Shown in pieces: positions 51,619 through 60,328 of a DNA stretch of 64,000 bases. The DNA is from Candidatus Bathyarchaeota archaeon. Lineage in GTDB: Archaea; Thermoproteota; Bathyarchaeia; 40CM-2-53-6. The position numbers and the translations under genes were made by a program. Each line of letters begins with the position of its first letter. Position 1 is the first letter of the stretch. Where the stretch lies: the NCBI GenBank assembly GCA_963833125.1, contig CAWHWX010000001.1:64001-128000 (forward strand), in the 5' to 3' direction. The notes below the pieces were generated by a model. The model saw only the letters and a list, made by a program, of their open reading frames with translations, was not told the DNA's origin and ran no database searches.

Positions 51619-52554
51619 TTACTGGTATTGTTTACCCGGCCTGAGGCCGCCTGTGAATTCGATGGTTTCGAAGAGTTGGTGAACTTTCTCAGGCACACCC
51701 TCTACAACATTCAACCCGATAGCGCGTGCCACATCCAACGTGATCGGTGTACTACTCGACATAAACCCGCCAACCAGGAAGTTGGCTACCTGTGTCGCTT
51801 GTTCTTCGTTCATATGATCGATCAAGAGCCATTTCACAAACTCTTTTGCATTTTCTTCCTCCATGCGTGCAGATTCGGCGAGGAGGATGGTGCGGTCGGA
51901 GATGGTTTCGATTGGTTTACGCTTCAGGATACCCATTACCAGGGTCGCTGGCATATCATCAATGAGCGGCTCTAGGGGGGCTAGGATGCTGCATTTCTCC
52001 ATCATGATCTCGTCCGCGGCCAGGACGACGTATGTGCCGTCGGACATGGCGTAGAACGGAACCATAACCGTCACCTTCGCCTGATGATACCTCAACGCCA
52101 TCGAGATCAGGTCAGCAGCAAAAGTCAGCCCGCCTTCTGTGTGTACGATGAAGTCTATCGGCTTATCCGGCGGAGTCTCTCGCACTTGTTGGAGGATTAA
52201 TTCAGAATCCTCAAACCCGATCTCGGGCTCATCATCACTCGCACTCCAAGGCTCCTTCCGGTGAATAAGGGTTAGAACCCTCGACCCACGCTCCTCCTCC
52301 AACTCATGAACCAACTGAGCCCTCCGAGAGAGTATCTCTTCTTTCGAGGGGGTCCTCTCGGTTTCACCTTCAGCCTCATCCTCGTCCTCGTCTTCATCGT
52401 CTTCCTCGTCCTCTTCATCACTCCCCTTCGTTATGGGGGTGGGTGTTTGGGGGATCTGCCAGAAACGGTGTATCACAAAGAGATTGGTCAATGAACTAAG
52501 AGAAGCCACTACCACGATCGCTATGGCAAGGAGTAGGTCCAACTCTTGCATCAT
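51619..52554 (-). CDS. SDH-family paralogue, probably catalytically inactive
   Basis: HTEGG, AMSDGT, LAPLEPL, SSSTPI in place of the canonical motifs. Confidence 0.8.
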   Translation of the reverse strand: MMQELDLLLAIAIVVVASLSSLTNLFVIHRFWQIPQTPTPITKGSDEEDEEDDEDEDEDEAEGETERTPSKEEILSRRAQLVHELEEERGSRVLTLIHRKEPWSASDDEPEIGFEDSELILQQVRETPPDKPIDFIVHTEGGLTFAADLISMALRYHQAKVTVMVPFYAMSDGTYVVLAADEIMMEKCSILAPLEPLIDDMPATLVMGILKRKPIETISDRTILLAESARMEEENAKEFVKWLLIDHMNEEQATQVANFLVGGFMSSSTPITLDVARAIGLNVVEGVPEKVHQLFETIEFTGGLRPGKQYQ

Positions 52555-52660
52555 GCTTCACCTGTAACCACGTCACAAAATCTAGGTGAGTGTAGTAGTT
52601 GGAGTCTAAAGGTTTTCGTGTATCGAGGACTAGATACCTGCTGGAGAACCACGACTATTC

Positions 52661-52730
52661 AGTGTGGTGCACACGCACAGAATCCGGGAGGGGTCAAATT
52701 TGAGTGCTCGCACCATCAGACCAACACACC
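52661..52730. repeat. Family A inverted doublet
   Basis: GTGTGGTGCACACGCACAG ... GGTCAAATTTGAGTGCTCGCACCATCAGACCAACACACC. Confidence 0.8.
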
Positions 52731-52789
52731 CTGAAAAAACCGAAAACCAAAACTCCCAGTCTAATAGATGATTATTGTGTGTTCCCCTC

Positions 52790-53491
52790 GTGCCGAGGAT
52801 CCCGTTAATCGAGAACCTAACCACCGCTCCCATACCACCTGGCACGAATATTCTTGTAGAGTTTGATGCTGCTTCGCAGTGGTACAATGCGTGCGTAACA
52901 ATTCTGGCAGGCTGGGTCAAGACAGGCGGAAGCACCTCCTACCTTTTGTCTGCTAGACCTCCGGAGAGCATCCGCTCACAACTTCGCCGTTTTGGGTTAG
53001 ATCCGGGAGAACTCGAGAGTAAGGGCAGGCTTCAGATATGGGACTTTTACTCTGCCACTCTCGGCCAGAGGTCCCAAGAAAAGTACGGCTTCGATTCACT
53101 GAAAGTCGCCGACCTAAGCATAATTATCTCAAGAGGGCAAATGCATCGACAGCCCTCACCGGACCACATGTACATCACCGAAAACACTTCCGTCCTCACC
53201 AGATTCAACGACGAGAAAAGTACGGTCGAATACCTTTTGACAAGAGCGCTTCCGACAGCAACCATAACTAAATCCACTAGCGTCCGCGGCATCATCACGG
53301 GTGTTCACAGTGACTCGGTTTACAGGCAACTTGAGGCGGCCGCGGACGGTGTTGTTGATCTTAAAGTCGAAGAGGTGGAAGGCGAGGTAAAGAATCTCAT
53401 TCGCATCCGAAAAATGCTTAACGCCACGTTTGACGCGCGCTGGCATCCGCTAAAGGTCGACCAAAACTTCGAAGTCACGTTAGATACGTAG
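52790..53491 (+). CDS. KaiC/RAD55-like protein with degenerate Walker A (paralogue 4)
   Basis: PRIPLIENL...IPPGTNILVEFDAASQWY, ADGVVDLK, IRIRKM. Confidence 0.8.
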   Translation: MPRIPLIENLTTAPIPPGTNILVEFDAASQWYNACVTILAGWVKTGGSTSYLLSARPPESIRSQLRRFGLDPGELESKGRLQIWDFYSATLGQRSQEKYGFDSLKVADLSIIISRGQMHRQPSPDHMYITENTSVLTRFNDEKSTVEYLLTRALPTATITKSTSVRGIITGVHSDSVYRQLEAAADGVVDLKVEEVEGEVKNLIRIRKMLNATFDARWHPLKVDQNFEVTLDT

Positions 53492-53499
53492 ACGCTAAC

Positions 53500-53540
53500 T
53501 CGTTTTTGGTGTGTGCCCAACATTGATCCCACACACAAAA
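53500..53540 (-). repeat. Family A repeat
   Basis: Reverse complement TTTTGTGTGTGGGATCAATGTTGGGCACACACCAAAAACGA. Confidence 0.75.
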
Positions 53541-53628
53541 AAATTGGGCTTCTACTCAAGGTTAACCTAGCAGTTAATTCCCGAGTAATCGGATGCGCGG
53601 CATCTCAACCCAAGTCTTTTATGCATAG

Positions 53629-55401
53629 TTGATCCTTTCAATTGGGAGCGTATCTTTTTCGTTGAGAACGATCCGCGTTATATTTTTCATAGCTCTCGCA
53701 CTCTTACTCTTAGTTCCCTCCCACCTGTCAAGTACACCGGTTTGGGCCTGTGATCCAAATGATCCTTCCACATGGCCTGACCTAGTGACCAGCTTCGTTT
53801 CTGCGAACAACGTAGTCAAAATCACTTCCGCCCAAACCGATCAGCTAAGTTACATGGTAGGTGGCAAGGTGATAGTAAGCGGAACGGTCACGTTAACATA
53901 TGAAGAGACTGACCTAGTAAGCAGCGTGACATGCGGTTTCTCTGAATCCGTTCAAAACTCTAGCCCAGCCGACCCTTCCGGCGTTACCATAACAATCGGC
54001 GGAAATCAATTTGCTGTAAGCTCCTCCGGCTCCTTCTCAGCCACCCTCACACTCCCGGAATCGGTGAAGACTGGCACCTACAATTTTCCAGTGACCGCGA
54101 CCATGCCGACAAGTACCGTCGAAACGAATTTCGGAGCCGAATCCGTTGACGGATCCACGGTCACAGTCAACACGAATAACTTCGATGTTACTCAATATAT
54201 GCCAACCTTAACGGTCAACCCTACATCCGCCTATCCAGGCGACACGGTTCAGATATCAGGGGACGAGTGGATGCCGAACCAACCTGTATCAATAGTATTC
54301 CCAGGCATAGGCCAAGCACAAGCTTCCTCAGATGGGTCGGGACACTTCAATCCAGTAAGCCTACAACTTGCGCTAGATTACAGTCTTTACACGAATGCCG
54401 GCCTTTTCAAAGGCCCTGCCACGATAACAGGAACTCAAGGGAACCTCAAGGCTACGGTAGACATAACAATCAAAGAACACACCTTGGACATAACTCAAGT
54501 CTCGGTGATGCCAAGCGAAGTTTGGCCAGGAACCGAGATAACAATCACTGGCAAGGTTACAGACCACCAAGAGCCCAACAGATCTGTATCGGGCGTAACC
54601 GTGGAGGCGGGCTGCTCTTTCCTCGTCCCCTCCGTACCTGAGAGTACGACGACCCTCCCTGACGGATCATTCAGCCTAAATTGCCAGGAGGAGTGGACAC
54701 CTGTCGAGGACAAGGTAAATCTGTATGTGATTAACGCGAATTTGCGAGGATACGGGACAGGTAGCGAACCATCGGCCACGTTCGCCGTCAACAAAAGAGG
54801 AACCATCTGCGGCTTAGTGAGCTGGAACTGTGGTTGTTTGATCGCGACAGCAACGTTCGGATCCGAGCTTGCGCCGGAAGTTCAGCTGCTGCGAAACTTT
54901 CGGGATGATTCGATAATGTCGACCCACGCTGGCAGGCAATTCATGCTCCTCTTCAACGCGTGGTATTACTCCTTCAGCCCATACGTGGCCTTCCAAATCT
55001 CAACGCATCCTGCTGGGAGAGAGTTGATGAAGGGCGTGTTATATCCTCTAATCGGAATAATGGCGTTAACATCAGCAACCTACTCTTTGCTTCAGGCTCA
55101 ACCGGAGATTGCTGTTCTAGTCTCCGGTCTACTCGCAAGCTCCCTCATAGGCGCATTCTACATAGGCATACCAGTGGGGTTGCTAAGGGCAAGAATTTCA
55201 CGACAGCGATGGAAAAGCCGGGCCTTGTTGGAGAAGGCGCTGACCTTGATGATAGGTGGGGGGATTCTACTCTTAATCGTCGGCGAGTACTTCTCCACGC
55301 TCCTACTTATGATCTCGACAGCAATGATCGTGCTCTCAACCGTAAGCCTAACCGCAACCATAACCTCATCAAGGATAGCAGCTAAGCTGAAAAGACTCTG
55401 A
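53629..55401 (+). CDS. Surface protein with Ig-like domains and CFI-box-CTERM domain
   Basis: Signal peptide, Thr/Ser-rich beta repeats, GCLIATATFGSELAPEVQLLRNFRD...FNAWYYSFSP.VA, terminal TM helices. Confidence 0.85.
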   Translation: MILSIGSVSFSLRTIRVIFFIALALLLLVPSHLSSTPVWACDPNDPSTWPDLVTSFVSANNVVKITSAQTDQLSYMVGGKVIVSGTVTLTYEETDLVSSVTCGFSESVQNSSPADPSGVTITIGGNQFAVSSSGSFSATLTLPESVKTGTYNFPVTATMPTSTVETNFGAESVDGSTVTVNTNNFDVTQYMPTLTVNPTSAYPGDTVQISGDEWMPNQPVSIVFPGIGQAQASSDGSGHFNPVSLQLALDYSLYTNAGLFKGPATITGTQGNLKATVDITIKEHTLDITQVSVMPSEVWPGTEITITGKVTDHQEPNRSVSGVTVEAGCSFLVPSVPESTTTLPDGSFSLNCQEEWTPVEDKVNLYVINANLRGYGTGSEPSATFAVNKRGTICGLVSWNCGCLIATATFGSELAPEVQLLRNFRDDSIMSTHAGRQFMLLFNAWYYSFSPYVAFQISTHPAGRELMKGVLYPLIGIMALTSATYSLLQAQPEIAVLVSGLLASSLIGAFYIGIPVGLLRARISRQRWKSRALLEKALTLMIGGGILLLIVGEYFSTLLLMISTAMIVLSTVSLTATITSSRIAAKLKRL

Positions 55402-55429
55402 GATCGATCGAACCATAAGCCTGTACGTG

Positions 55430-55497
55430 CAGGTTGGGCAACGTAATTTGAACCATCGTCGTCCGTAAAAGTGTGCGCGCACCATTAGACCCACACA
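55430..55497 (-). repeat. Family A repeat with degenerate partner
   Basis: AATTTGAACC-ATCGTCGTCCGTAAAAGTGTGCGCGCACCATTAGACCCACACA. Confidence 0.85.
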
Positions 55498-55673
55498 TGC
55501 GCCGTTACGTCATTTGCTGCTCTCGAAGGCAAGGATAACCCTTCTCACTTGCCTGCCCGAAGCTCTAGGCTAAGGTTCGAGATCAGAACCCTTCGCCGGG
55601 TACACTTCCTACCAAACCATCTGGAACTCTTCCTGAGAGCTAATGTGAATGTAGTACCCTAGTACATTCGAGT

Positions 55674-56180
55674 CTATGGTGCCTGCTGGCTTTCAGGTTG
55701 CCTACGCACTCGCTGAATGGCTTGGAGCAGGGCGTTCTCTGCCGTCAAATACGAGATCAGACCTGTGGTCAGCAGTGTTTCGCAGGCGTCACTCTTCGAC
55801 GTCCGTTTTGTCGCCGCATAGGCTTCAATCAACCTAGCGTAGCCTGCGGGAAGGATCAACGTGAACACATCAGTCTCTCGACCCACATCATCCCTCACGA
55901 TAGGGTAAATTCTCGTTCGGGGCTTATGTGAAGCAGCCTGCTCTAACATGTCAGCCATGCGGCCCAGATGAACCATTGTCTCTAGCCTGTCCCGATTCTC
56001 TTGCTTCCGTAACCCCAGCCACTTCAGAGTTGCTCCGAGAACTATCAGCATCCTCACAAGATCACTCAACGCCCATTTTTCTTTCTGAGCCACACCCCTC
56101 ACCTGGAAGAGAAGCATTCTTGGAACTCGAATCGACCAACGCCTATATCGCGTGGCCACCGTCCCTGTAGCCTCGGCCAC
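55674..56180 (-). CDS. Hypothetical protein with two ribbon-helix-helix-like segments
   Basis: WSIRVP.......A......LSDLVR and FTLILP.......A......KSDAC; inference. Confidence 0.5.
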   Translation of the reverse strand: MAEATGTVATRYRRWSIRVPRMLLFQVRGVAQKEKWALSDLVRMLIVLGATLKWLGLRKQENRDRLETMVHLGRMADMLEQAASHKPRTRIYPIVRDDVGRETDVFTLILPAGYARLIEAYAATKRTSKSDACETLLTTGLISYLTAENALLQAIQRVRRQPESQQAP

Positions 56181-56186
56181 GTTCGA

Positions 56187-56414
56187 TCATCGGCCTTGCT
56201 TCTCAGGATCCGCCATGAGATTCTTGAGGATCTCATTCATCCTCTGCGCCTCCTGCATTGCTATAATGGTCTTCGTGATTTGTTCGTCAATCGCTTGTCT
56301 TTTCTTGAGCAAGCATTGGTATTTCTGTTCGAGGGCCCTGTCTTCTTCTTTGATTAGAGCGTCAAGGTCCTCAGATGTGGGTACGCGAGCCTTCTCACGC
56401 AAACTCTGCTTCAC
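56187..56414 (-). CDS. Small coiled-coil protein
   Basis: Heptad-rich ORF, operonic with 55674-56180. Confidence 0.55.
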   Translation of the reverse strand: MKQSLREKARVPTSEDLDALIKEEDRALEQKYQCLLKKRQAIDEQITKTIIAMQEAQRMNEILKNLMADPEKQGR

Positions 56415-56481
56415 TTTCCAACCGTCTCAGAATAGCAAGTACGTGGCAAAGTTATAACTGTCTATGTTATAGACATATATC

Positions 56482-56991
56482 ATGGTTAGACATATACAGC
56501 CCGACCAGAGGCCTGTACCACGCATTTTGGAAGCTCTGGCCACCTCTTCGCTACCTCTCAATAAGTACCAGATTCAGAAATCGTGCAAGGTCGGAAGACA
56601 GACGCTCTACAACGAGATATCACGGTTCAAGCGACTTGGTTGGATTACGATCACAGCCACCGCGAAGTCGCGAGTGGGCCTTCCAGTCGAGTTCTACACG
56701 CTCACGGACTTGGGGCTCTACAGAGCTGGCGACCTAAACCCCCATTTGCATGATGAGGTAAGGACGAGGCTTGGAGGCAAGTTCGAACAATTTGAAACTA
56801 CGGTTCATAGAAACCGGCTGATGCACCTACAAGAGCACTTCAGGCTCTTTCAGAACGCTATTGAGAGAGAAAAAGCTCCGCCCAATTGGTATATGAGACT
56901 TCAAATCAACGCCGACGCGGCGGGACGCGTTCGAGGTTACGCTGTAAGTTACGGTGACTCAACTGTCGCGAAACTCCGCAGAAGTAAATAA
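56482..56991 (+). CDS. Winged-helix DNA-binding protein
   Basis: LNKYQIQK...VGRQTLYNEI.RF..LGWI...FYTLTDLG. Confidence 0.7.
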   Translation: MVRHIQPDQRPVPRILEALATSSLPLNKYQIQKSCKVGRQTLYNEISRFKRLGWITITATAKSRVGLPVEFYTLTDLGLYRAGDLNPHLHDEVRTRLGGKFEQFETTVHRNRLMHLQEHFRLFQNAIEREKAPPNWYMRLQINADAAGRVRGYAVSYGDSTVAKLRRSK

Positions 56992-57108
56992 CGGCAGACC
57001 ATGAACCCTGGAGTTTTACGCAATCCACGAACTGGATAGTTCTCGGGCCCATATTCAAACTTGCAAAGCCACCCGAACCGATAGGCGAATGAGCTCCAAC
57101 GGACTTTA

Positions 57109-57147
57109 TTGTGCAGTATTGCTTGTGCGCACAAGACTGAAACGGAC
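57109..57147 (+). repeat. Degenerate family A copy
   Basis: GTATTGCTTGTGCGCACAAGACTGAAACGGAC. Confidence 0.45.
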
Positions 57148-57203
57148 TATCGTTAGGCTAATGATAGAGGAACGATTATGAGCGACTCGCTTGGAGACCG
57201 CTA

Positions 57204-57803
57204 TTGTCTCACACCAAACACAAAGGACAACCCATAACGCGGTTTCGAATCAGGGAACTCGGAAAGCGCACATGGCCCGATTTCGTGCGAATTATGGAGA
57301 AGCACAATGGTGTGTGGGGTGGCTGCTGGTGCGTCACATTCCACCTCAACCGCAACGAGGAAAAAAAGTGGACTGGGCAGCACAGGAAGTTGAAGGAGAA
57401 ACTTGTTCAAGAGAACCGGTCCCACGCCGCCCTCGTCTACGACGGGGCGAACGTCGTTGGTTGGTGTCAGTTCGGACCACCCTCCGAGCTCCCAGCCCGA
57501 ATGGGAGGATTTCTTAAATTGGGTGCGGCGCCTCCTGACTGGAGGATTACATGCTTCTTCGTCGACAGTGACCGAAGGAAGGAGGGCGTAGCAGAAGCCG
57601 CCTTGGGAGGCGCACTCGGTATGATTGCCGCCAAAGGGGGCGGGACGGTCGACGGGTATCCAATCGCCACCCGAGGGAAACCTTACTCGAGTTCATTCTT
57701 GTGGGGTGGAACTGAATCAATGTTCGCCGAGGCCGGATTCCGTCCGATCGGTCATCTCGGCATAAGCAAGCTGGTGATGCGAAAAGCGATTCGCGGTCGA
57801 TGA
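57204..57803 (+). CDS. GNAT family N-acetyltransferase
   Basis: GGCWC, VGWCQFGP, ITCFFV...RR.EGVA, GYP, F..AGF. Confidence 0.85.
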   Translation: MSHTKHKGQPITRFRIRELGKRTWPDFVRIMEKHNGVWGGCWCVTFHLNRNEEKKWTGQHRKLKEKLVQENRSHAALVYDGANVVGWCQFGPPSELPARMGGFLKLGAAPPDWRITCFFVDSDRRKEGVAEAALGGALGMIAAKGGGTVDGYPIATRGKPYSSSFLWGGTESMFAEAGFRPIGHLGISKLVMRKAIRGR

Positions 57804-57889
57804 TGTCTTCCTAAGGCTTGCAGAGGAGGTGCTCATTGAACCACTGAACGGCCAGATCCGCTTGGTACTCTAATCCCTGCTTCGCTATC

Positions 57890-57930
57890 GTGTGAGTCTA
57901 TGGGTGCGCACACACACCAACCGAACGACG
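57890..57930 (+). repeat. Family A repeat
   Basis: GTGTGAGTCTATGGGTGCGCACACACACCAACCGAACGACG. Confidence 0.85.
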
Positions 57931-57949
57931 TTGGAAACGAAAGGTTGAC

Positions 57950-58150
57950 TGATAGATTCGTTCCGCACTTCGGATTCTTCTCTTCACTAATTCGAAGGCT
58001 AGTATCATCAGAAGGACGAGTACTACTAAGCCGAGAGGATACTCAGGGATGGGTGGACTGTTCTTAGTATTAAGTACCAAACCCGCTTCAGCCCAATCCA
58101 CTACAATTCCTCCGAGCGTTGCAGAGACAGTAGTTGGCGAGGAGACGCAC
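57950..58150 (-). pseudogene. C-terminal stub of a surface protein with a PEF-CTERM-like sorting signal
   Basis: IPEYP + TM helix + KRR; no credible upstream gene body. Confidence 0.5.
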
Positions 58151-58402
58151 GAGCGGGGATTCATTTACAGGGAGATACGTTTTGGAACGTTATGGAATAG
58201 GAAAACGGGCGAGTGGGATTATAGACGGGTTGAAGTTTTCAAGGCGACGCCTTGGACGCAGCGTGAAAGACAACGCATATGGGGCTTCTTCAAAGCACAC
58301 AGACCCAAACAAAACTTAGGAATCTTCGTAATCCACGAAAACAAGCTCTACATGTATCCTGTGGAAAAGCACAGCGGTCAGAAAGGCACATGCATTGGCT
58401 GA
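58049..58402 (+). CDS. Hypothetical protein or gene fragment
   Basis: The 3' two-thirds reads as protein; the 5' part overlaps the opposite-strand stub. Confidence 0.3.
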   Translation: MGGLFLVLSTKPASAQSTTIPPSVAETVVGEETHERGFIYREIRFGTLWNRKTGEWDYRRVEVFKATPWTQRERQRIWGFFKAHRPKQNLGIFVIHENKLYMYPVEKHSGQKGTCIG

Positions 58403-58664
58403 CCTTGATTAGAAATGCCGCGGAATTCAATCAATCTAAGATGAAAATGAAACGATTGCAGCAAAAGAGTTATTTTCCTAGCTCCGACTATAGAGGAAAG
58501 TGGGAAAGCTTGCCGTCTGACTTGTATATTTCACCTCATTCTGAGCAAAGGATAGACGCGTCGCTGTCAAAGGCTCTGTGTGCTCAAGCGGAACGAACAA
58601 ATCTCCATTGCGCCACTCGCCCGCACCAATTTGCGGCGACGAAATCTAAGATTGGAGATTAGTA

Positions 58665-59138
58665 TTGAGCAGCGTTTTGAATCAGGTTCACAAGTTCGAT
58701 GCGGATGCTTCTGGGTTACGTTACGGCTTGCTCGAAATAGAGCCGAAAGAAGAAATACATGTAAAGAGAAAATTTGGAATGAAATTCATTGAGCGAACAA
58801 TGACATTCGAACCATCTGCCAATTATCAAGACTTCGTAGCGTTCAACACGGCGGCAACAATCGATAACATGTCGCTTCCTAGCAACATCAAGGCTGAAGA
58901 CCTTGCCACTCGAATCTCAAACAAACGCATTGAGTTGATTGAGTCTGACGCGGAATTCAAGAAAATGCTTGAATTTGCAGACCGAATCAAGAGCACTTCA
59001 CAAGGACCGCGATATTTACCGAAGTTCATACAATTCTTCTTGGACAGACAAAGAAATGCTGTGAATAACCTCATCGAAGCGTACCGCGAGACTGCTACTA
59101 GAAGACAACAGGAACTTACCGCTGCAAATATTCACTGA
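58665..59138 (+). CDS. Hypothetical protein
   Basis: 157-aa ORF, AT-rich, first of three co-oriented ORFs. Confidence 0.55.
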   Translation: MSSVLNQVHKFDADASGLRYGLLEIEPKEEIHVKRKFGMKFIERTMTFEPSANYQDFVAFNTAATIDNMSLPSNIKAEDLATRISNKRIELIESDAEFKKMLEFADRIKSTSQGPRYLPKFIQFFLDRQRNAVNNLIEAYRETATRRQQELTAANIH

Positions 59139-59154
59139 CCTTACTGATTTCGAA

Positions 59155-59562
59155 GTGACCTATGGTGCGACACTTGAGGTAATCCTATCATTGGTCCGAA
59201 AGTTCGCGGCACTAATGGCTACTGGAAGAGCCAAATCTAGCTCAGATATATTCAAGAGACGTTTTGATGAGATGAAATTCAAATTATCTCCGCTGATTGA
59301 AGAAGTCGAAAGTGCCCTCATACGCGCCCAAACCCTGAAGTGGTACATGATTCTGTCCGATAGTGCAGACGATGTTGAGAAATCATTACAATTCACTCTG
59401 GACAAAGATGAGTTGAATAGACTACACTGGGAATTCAAAGAGGAGGCAACGCATCTGAGAAAGACGATTATGCGTCTTGATAGTGACGCCTTCAAATCTC
59501 TCGTGCCTGACAGCGAACTCAAATCCAATTTCGACGAGATGGCGATGTCCGTAATTGGCTGA
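59155..59562 (+). CDS. Hypothetical acidic helical protein, candidate antitoxin/partner
   Basis: Immediately upstream of the PIN gene. Confidence 0.5.
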   Translation: MTYGATLEVILSLVRKFAALMATGRAKSSSDIFKRRFDEMKFKLSPLIEEVESALIRAQTLKWYMILSDSADDVEKSLQFTLDKDELNRLHWEFKEEATHLRKTIMRLDSDAFKSLVPDSELKSNFDEMAMSVIG

Positions 59563-59569
59563 TTGACGT

Positions 59570-60328
59570 TTGTCTCTTCCGCCAAGGCCGATACTCTTCT
59601 TAGATTCATCAATTGTGATGTCCCATGTACTGAATCAGAATCAAACAATAATGACCAAATTCACGAAGGACATACCCAAGTATCACTTGAATTGCGCTGT
59701 GTCCAGCAGCGTGAAATCCGAGACCGTCTACAAAGTAAATCAATTGATTCAGTTTCTTGATAAGGCACTAATTGTCACGATCAAGAACACAATGGCAAAA
59801 CAACGAAAGTTGGATAAAAGGAAGGATTCTGAACCCATTGGCATACGTGATTTTCTGGCCGTGGAAGCGGCGTTCTACCATTTCTATCTTTACGGAGCTG
59901 GTATTGCAGATCTGAAAGCGATTGAGACCTTTGTCGTATGCTATCTTGAGAACAAACTCTCTTCTAATCCCCCAATTACACCTCAAACCGCTTTTATAGA
60001 AATGGTAGCATGGGTTCTCAAGAGAATTTCTGATATTCGCACTGCTCTTGACAAAGCAATCTTACTGAAACAAGAATTAGCTAAAGAGTACACGATTACG
60101 CCAAACCAAGCTGATGTAATCATGCTTGAGGGATTTGGCTTGGATAAGAGAGACGCTGAGCACATAGCTAGTGCCAAACAAGCACAACGGGGCGGAATAT
60201 GCAGCAAGGCTATTTTCGTCACGCTTGATTATACGACAATTATAACATATCAAACAAGGATTTTCAATGAGCCTCAACTAGCAATATGGTGCACAGATCC
60301 TCTCTATTGTGCATACCACACCTTCTAG
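59570..60328 (+). CDS. PIN-domain (VapC-like) nuclease with a long helical insertion
   Basis: LFLDSS, V..E, DAEHIASA, FVTLD acidic tetrad. Confidence 0.7.
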   Translation: MSLPPRPILFLDSSIVMSHVLNQNQTIMTKFTKDIPKYHLNCAVSSSVKSETVYKVNQLIQFLDKALIVTIKNTMAKQRKLDKRKDSEPIGIRDFLAVEAAFYHFYLYGAGIADLKAIETFVVCYLENKLSSNPPITPQTAFIEMVAWVLKRISDIRTALDKAILLKQELAKEYTITPNQADVIMLEGFGLDKRDAEHIASAKQAQRGGICSKAIFVTLDYTTIITYQTRIFNEPQLAIWCTDPLYCAYHTF

